A stretch of DNA of 63,871 nucleotides, the filler included, from Octopus bimaculoides (taxonomy: Eukaryota): the NCBI RefSeq assembly GCF_001194135.2. It is 5 parts of 5 records of this genome, joined end to end, with 100 filler letters (N's around TTAATTAATTAA, not from the genome) between each part and the next. Parts side by side here need not be neighbours in the genome. Positions count along the whole stretch, not along the records: positions 52,991 to 61,566 come from NC_068996.1; positions 61,667 to 63,871 come from NW_026344563.1; 3 more parts are not named here. The stretch is one strand, 5' to 3'. How positions within the stretch are numbered: position 1 is the first letter of the stretch; every line of letters begins with the position of its first letter. A program made the position numbers and the translations under genes. The notes below the pieces were generated by a model, which made no database searches, was not told the DNA's origin, and saw only the letters and a program-made list of their open reading frames with translations. This document shows, piece after piece, positions 61,200 through 63,871 of this stretch.

Positions 61200-61485
61200 T
61201 AAATCAAACGTCCGAGTTGTGAATAAAAGTAGATATTTGCCAGATTGGAACGAATACGAGTATACCGGCAACGAAACAAGTGCAGTGCGTCTTTCAGGCC
61301 TAGAGTCACTCTTGTTATCCAACAGAGTGCGCACATTCTAACATGAGCAACCCTCATCACCAGGATAGCCTGGTGGGGGTGCCAGTTTAGTTGCCAACAA
61401 CCCGACCATGTAACAGGTTGTACAGGTTTCCATGTTACCAGTAGCACTTATGAGAGCCTCCTAAGTGACCTGACATGCATACATA
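61200..61485 (-). mobile_element. RTE-clade LINE 5' end (5' UTR + start of endonuclease)
   Basis: Minus translation NVRTLLDNKSDSRPERRTALV, the characteristic RTE/BovB-type ORF start. Confidence 0.75.
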
Positions 61486-61533
61486 CATACATACATACAT
61501 ACATATGTATATATAATTTGTGTGTATATAAAA

Positions 61534-61566
<33 letters not shown>

Positions 61567-62479
61567 NNNNNNNNNNNNNNNNNNNNNNNNNNNNNNNNNN
61601 NNNNNNNNNNTTAATTAATTAANNNNNNNNNNNNNNNNNNNNNNNNNNNNNNNNNNNNNNNNNNNNCTTTCATTCATCCTCTCGCTCTGCTATTCGTATC
61701 CTTTTTCTTTTTTCTTCCTGTGTTTTTTTTTTTTGTTCTTGTTTCTTTTCTATCCCACACACACTTCGTCATTCTTTCCTCCATTGTTTTCAACTCCAGC
61801 ATGAGAGAAAATATTGTTATTAAATCTTAATATTTCACTGTTTCCCAATCATCACGTTCTCAGCCTCGAGTTATTTTGTAATAATAATAACAAATATCGT
61901 AGATTTTTTGGCTACGGCTTGTTTTCTTTGTCTTTCCTCGTATGTGATTAACTTTATGGTTGCTTTTTTCACTGATATTTTTTTATACACATTGCTTGAG
62001 ACAAATCCAGGGTTTCTTGTTCTGCAACATTTTATGTGACTCTCGCTCTTTCTCCATCTCCCTCTTTCTCTCCCTTTCGTTGTTCTATGGGTTCTTGAAT
62101 ATTGTTCTATTTATTTTTACCTATTATTATATTCTCTTAATTCCATGGGGTCATCTATTCATTCATGGTCCTACTTAACGTCTGCATGTCGCTGACACTC
62201 TATTGAAGCAATCCCGATATATCATTCCTTTATGGCTATGCCGGGCTCATAAAACAGAGCAAACAGGACGGGTTAGCACCATTAAAAAATTCTGGTTTGG
62301 TAGCAAATACCGATATCCTTTCATTGTGTGGGTGTCTATGTGTGAGGGAGTGTGCGTGCGTATGTGTGTGTATTATCTACATTATTTCGTGTTACTAGCA
62401 ACGTTATTTCTTAGTTATTCTTCCATTGTTTTCTTACGCACTACTACAACAGTGCACATACACTCACATACATGCATTA

Positions 62480-62532
<53 letters not shown>

Positions 62533-62571
62533 GCACACATACATACACACGCGCGCACATATATATACAGA

Positions 62572-62740
62572 CAGGCGTAGGCGTGGCTGTGTGGTAAGAA
62601 GCTTACTTCAAAGCCACATAGTTCTGAGTTCAGTCTTACAGCGTGGAACCTCGGCCAACTGTCTTCTACTATAGTCTCGGGCCGACCAAAGACTTGTGAG
62701 TGGGTTTGGTAGACGGAAACTGAAAGAAGCCTGTCGTATA
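62572..62740 (+). mobile_element. SINE family B head
   Basis: AGGCGTAGGCGTGGCTGTGTGGTAAGAAGCTT...GAGTTCAGTC...GGTAGACGGAAACTGAAAGAAGCCTGTCG, then (TA)n. Confidence 0.85.
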
Positions 62741-63229
62741 TATATATATATNNNNNNNNNNNNNNNNNNNNNNNNNNNNNNNNNNNNNNNNNNNNNNNNN
62801 NNNNNNNNNNNNNNNNNNNNNNNNNNNNNNNNNNNNNNNNNNNNNNNNNNNNNNNNNNNNNNNNNNNNNNNNNNNNNNNNNNNNNNNNNNNNNNNNNNNN
62901 NNNNNNNNNNNNNNNNNNNNNNNNNNNNNNNNNNNNNNNNNNNNNNNNNNNNNNNNNNNNNNNNNNNNNNNNNNNNNNNNNNNNNNNNNNNNNNNNNNNN
63001 NNNNNNNNNNNNNNNNNNNNNNNNNNNNNNNNNNNNNNNNNNNNNNNNNNNNNNNNNNNNNNNNNNNNACATCTATTAAAGCAAAAGCCACACACATTTT
63101 GTGAAATCTCTTCCCAATGCTTAGTGCTTTTCGGCTTTCTAAAAAGGTTCTTTTCTCACTCTTAACTCTTTGAGAAGAAAAAATCTTCTCTCTAAATATA
63201 TATAAAGGAATACCAAAAATGAGACAAGA

Positions 63230-63490
63230 ACGCAAAACATCCAGACACACGATACAAAAAAAAAACCAAAAAAAAAAACAAGGACGGGTCATTCGGAGTT
63301 TTCTTTCTTCAGTCGAGTTCCAGATTATCTTTGCAATTTCAGCTGGTTATACTCGAGATAGGCTCCAATCTGACCAGCCCTAAGGAAAAAGTAAGCTAAG
63401 AGCGTTAGATTCCTTGGAAGAAAGCAGCGAATATATACGAAAACAAGGACGGACAAAACGGAGAAATGGTACACAAATACAAATGCAAAT
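63230..63490. repeat. Interspersed repeat with a 13-bp internal direct repeat
   Basis: AAAACAAGGACGG at 63275-63287 and 63440-63452; class not established. Confidence 0.4.
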
Positions 63491-63624
63491 AACAGACTTT
63501 AACAACAGGTGTCTTTCGACTAAGGACGAATTAAATCAAGCTGGCGTATGTAAGTATGTATGTATGTATGTAGGTATGTGTGTGTATGTATGTATGTATG
63601 TATGTATGTATGCATGTATGTGTG

Positions 63625-63830
63625 TGTGTTTTAGTCATTGGGCTGCAGCCATGCTGGAGCACCACCATGAAATTTTAGTCGAATGAATCAACCCCAGAAC
63701 TTATTTTTCTAAGTTTGGTACTTATTCGATTGATCTCTTTTTCCGAATCGCTAAGTTACGGTGACACAAACACACCAACACGGATTGTCTAGCGGTTGTG
63801 GGCGGACAAACACAGCCACAAAGACATACG
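63625..63830 (-). mobile_element. SINE family B 3' half
   Basis: GCCATGCTGGAGCACCACC...CGCTAAGTTACGG...ACACACCA matches 37700-37850. Confidence 0.8.
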
Positions 63831-63834
63831 CACG

Positions 63835-63871
<37 letters not shown>

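Noticed and set aside
61380-61485. Possible HDV-like ribozyme in the RTE 5' UTR
   Set aside because: Known for some RTE elements, but I could not trace the nested double pseudoknot by eye; needs an Infernal/RNArobo search.
63270-63320. Minus-strand CTGAAGA...GAATGACCCGTC resembling a hammerhead
   Set aside because: Lacks GAAAC, stem II is mismatched and no stem I pairing is found.

Overview
A repeat-saturated, AT-rich animal genomic window from a gapped draft assembly (many N runs, very dense di-, tri- and tetranucleotide microsatellites). The two dominant tRNA-derived SINE families match repeats I recall from Octopus genomes, so a coleoid cephalopod is inferred, not proven. No intact host protein-coding gene is supportable; almost all long ORFs in the track are microsatellite or N-gap artefacts. 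Identifiable content is decayed mobile DNA: Tc1/mariner elements (TIR-bounded DD37D maT-like and DD41D rosa-like copies), a hAT C-terminus, R4/Dong-type RLE LINEs often abutting (TAA)n, RTE LINEs, a rearranged L1/Tx1 LINE, a Penelope-like (PLE) remnant, many SINEs and a tRNA-Asp pseudogene. The most notable signal is a set of minimal type-I hammerhead ribozyme motifs in unrelated repeat contexts: 17389-17431 (-), 29938-30015 (+), 35471-35522 (+), 52381-52424 (+), plus degenerate copies at 19254-19297 (-) and 28605-28639 (-). One (52381) sits inside a tRNA-headed, Pol III-type SINE, suggesting a ribozyme-bearing SINE or retrozyme-like family possibly mobilised by PLEs. All structures were read by eye; repeat boundaries are approximate unless a TSD or TIR is quoted.
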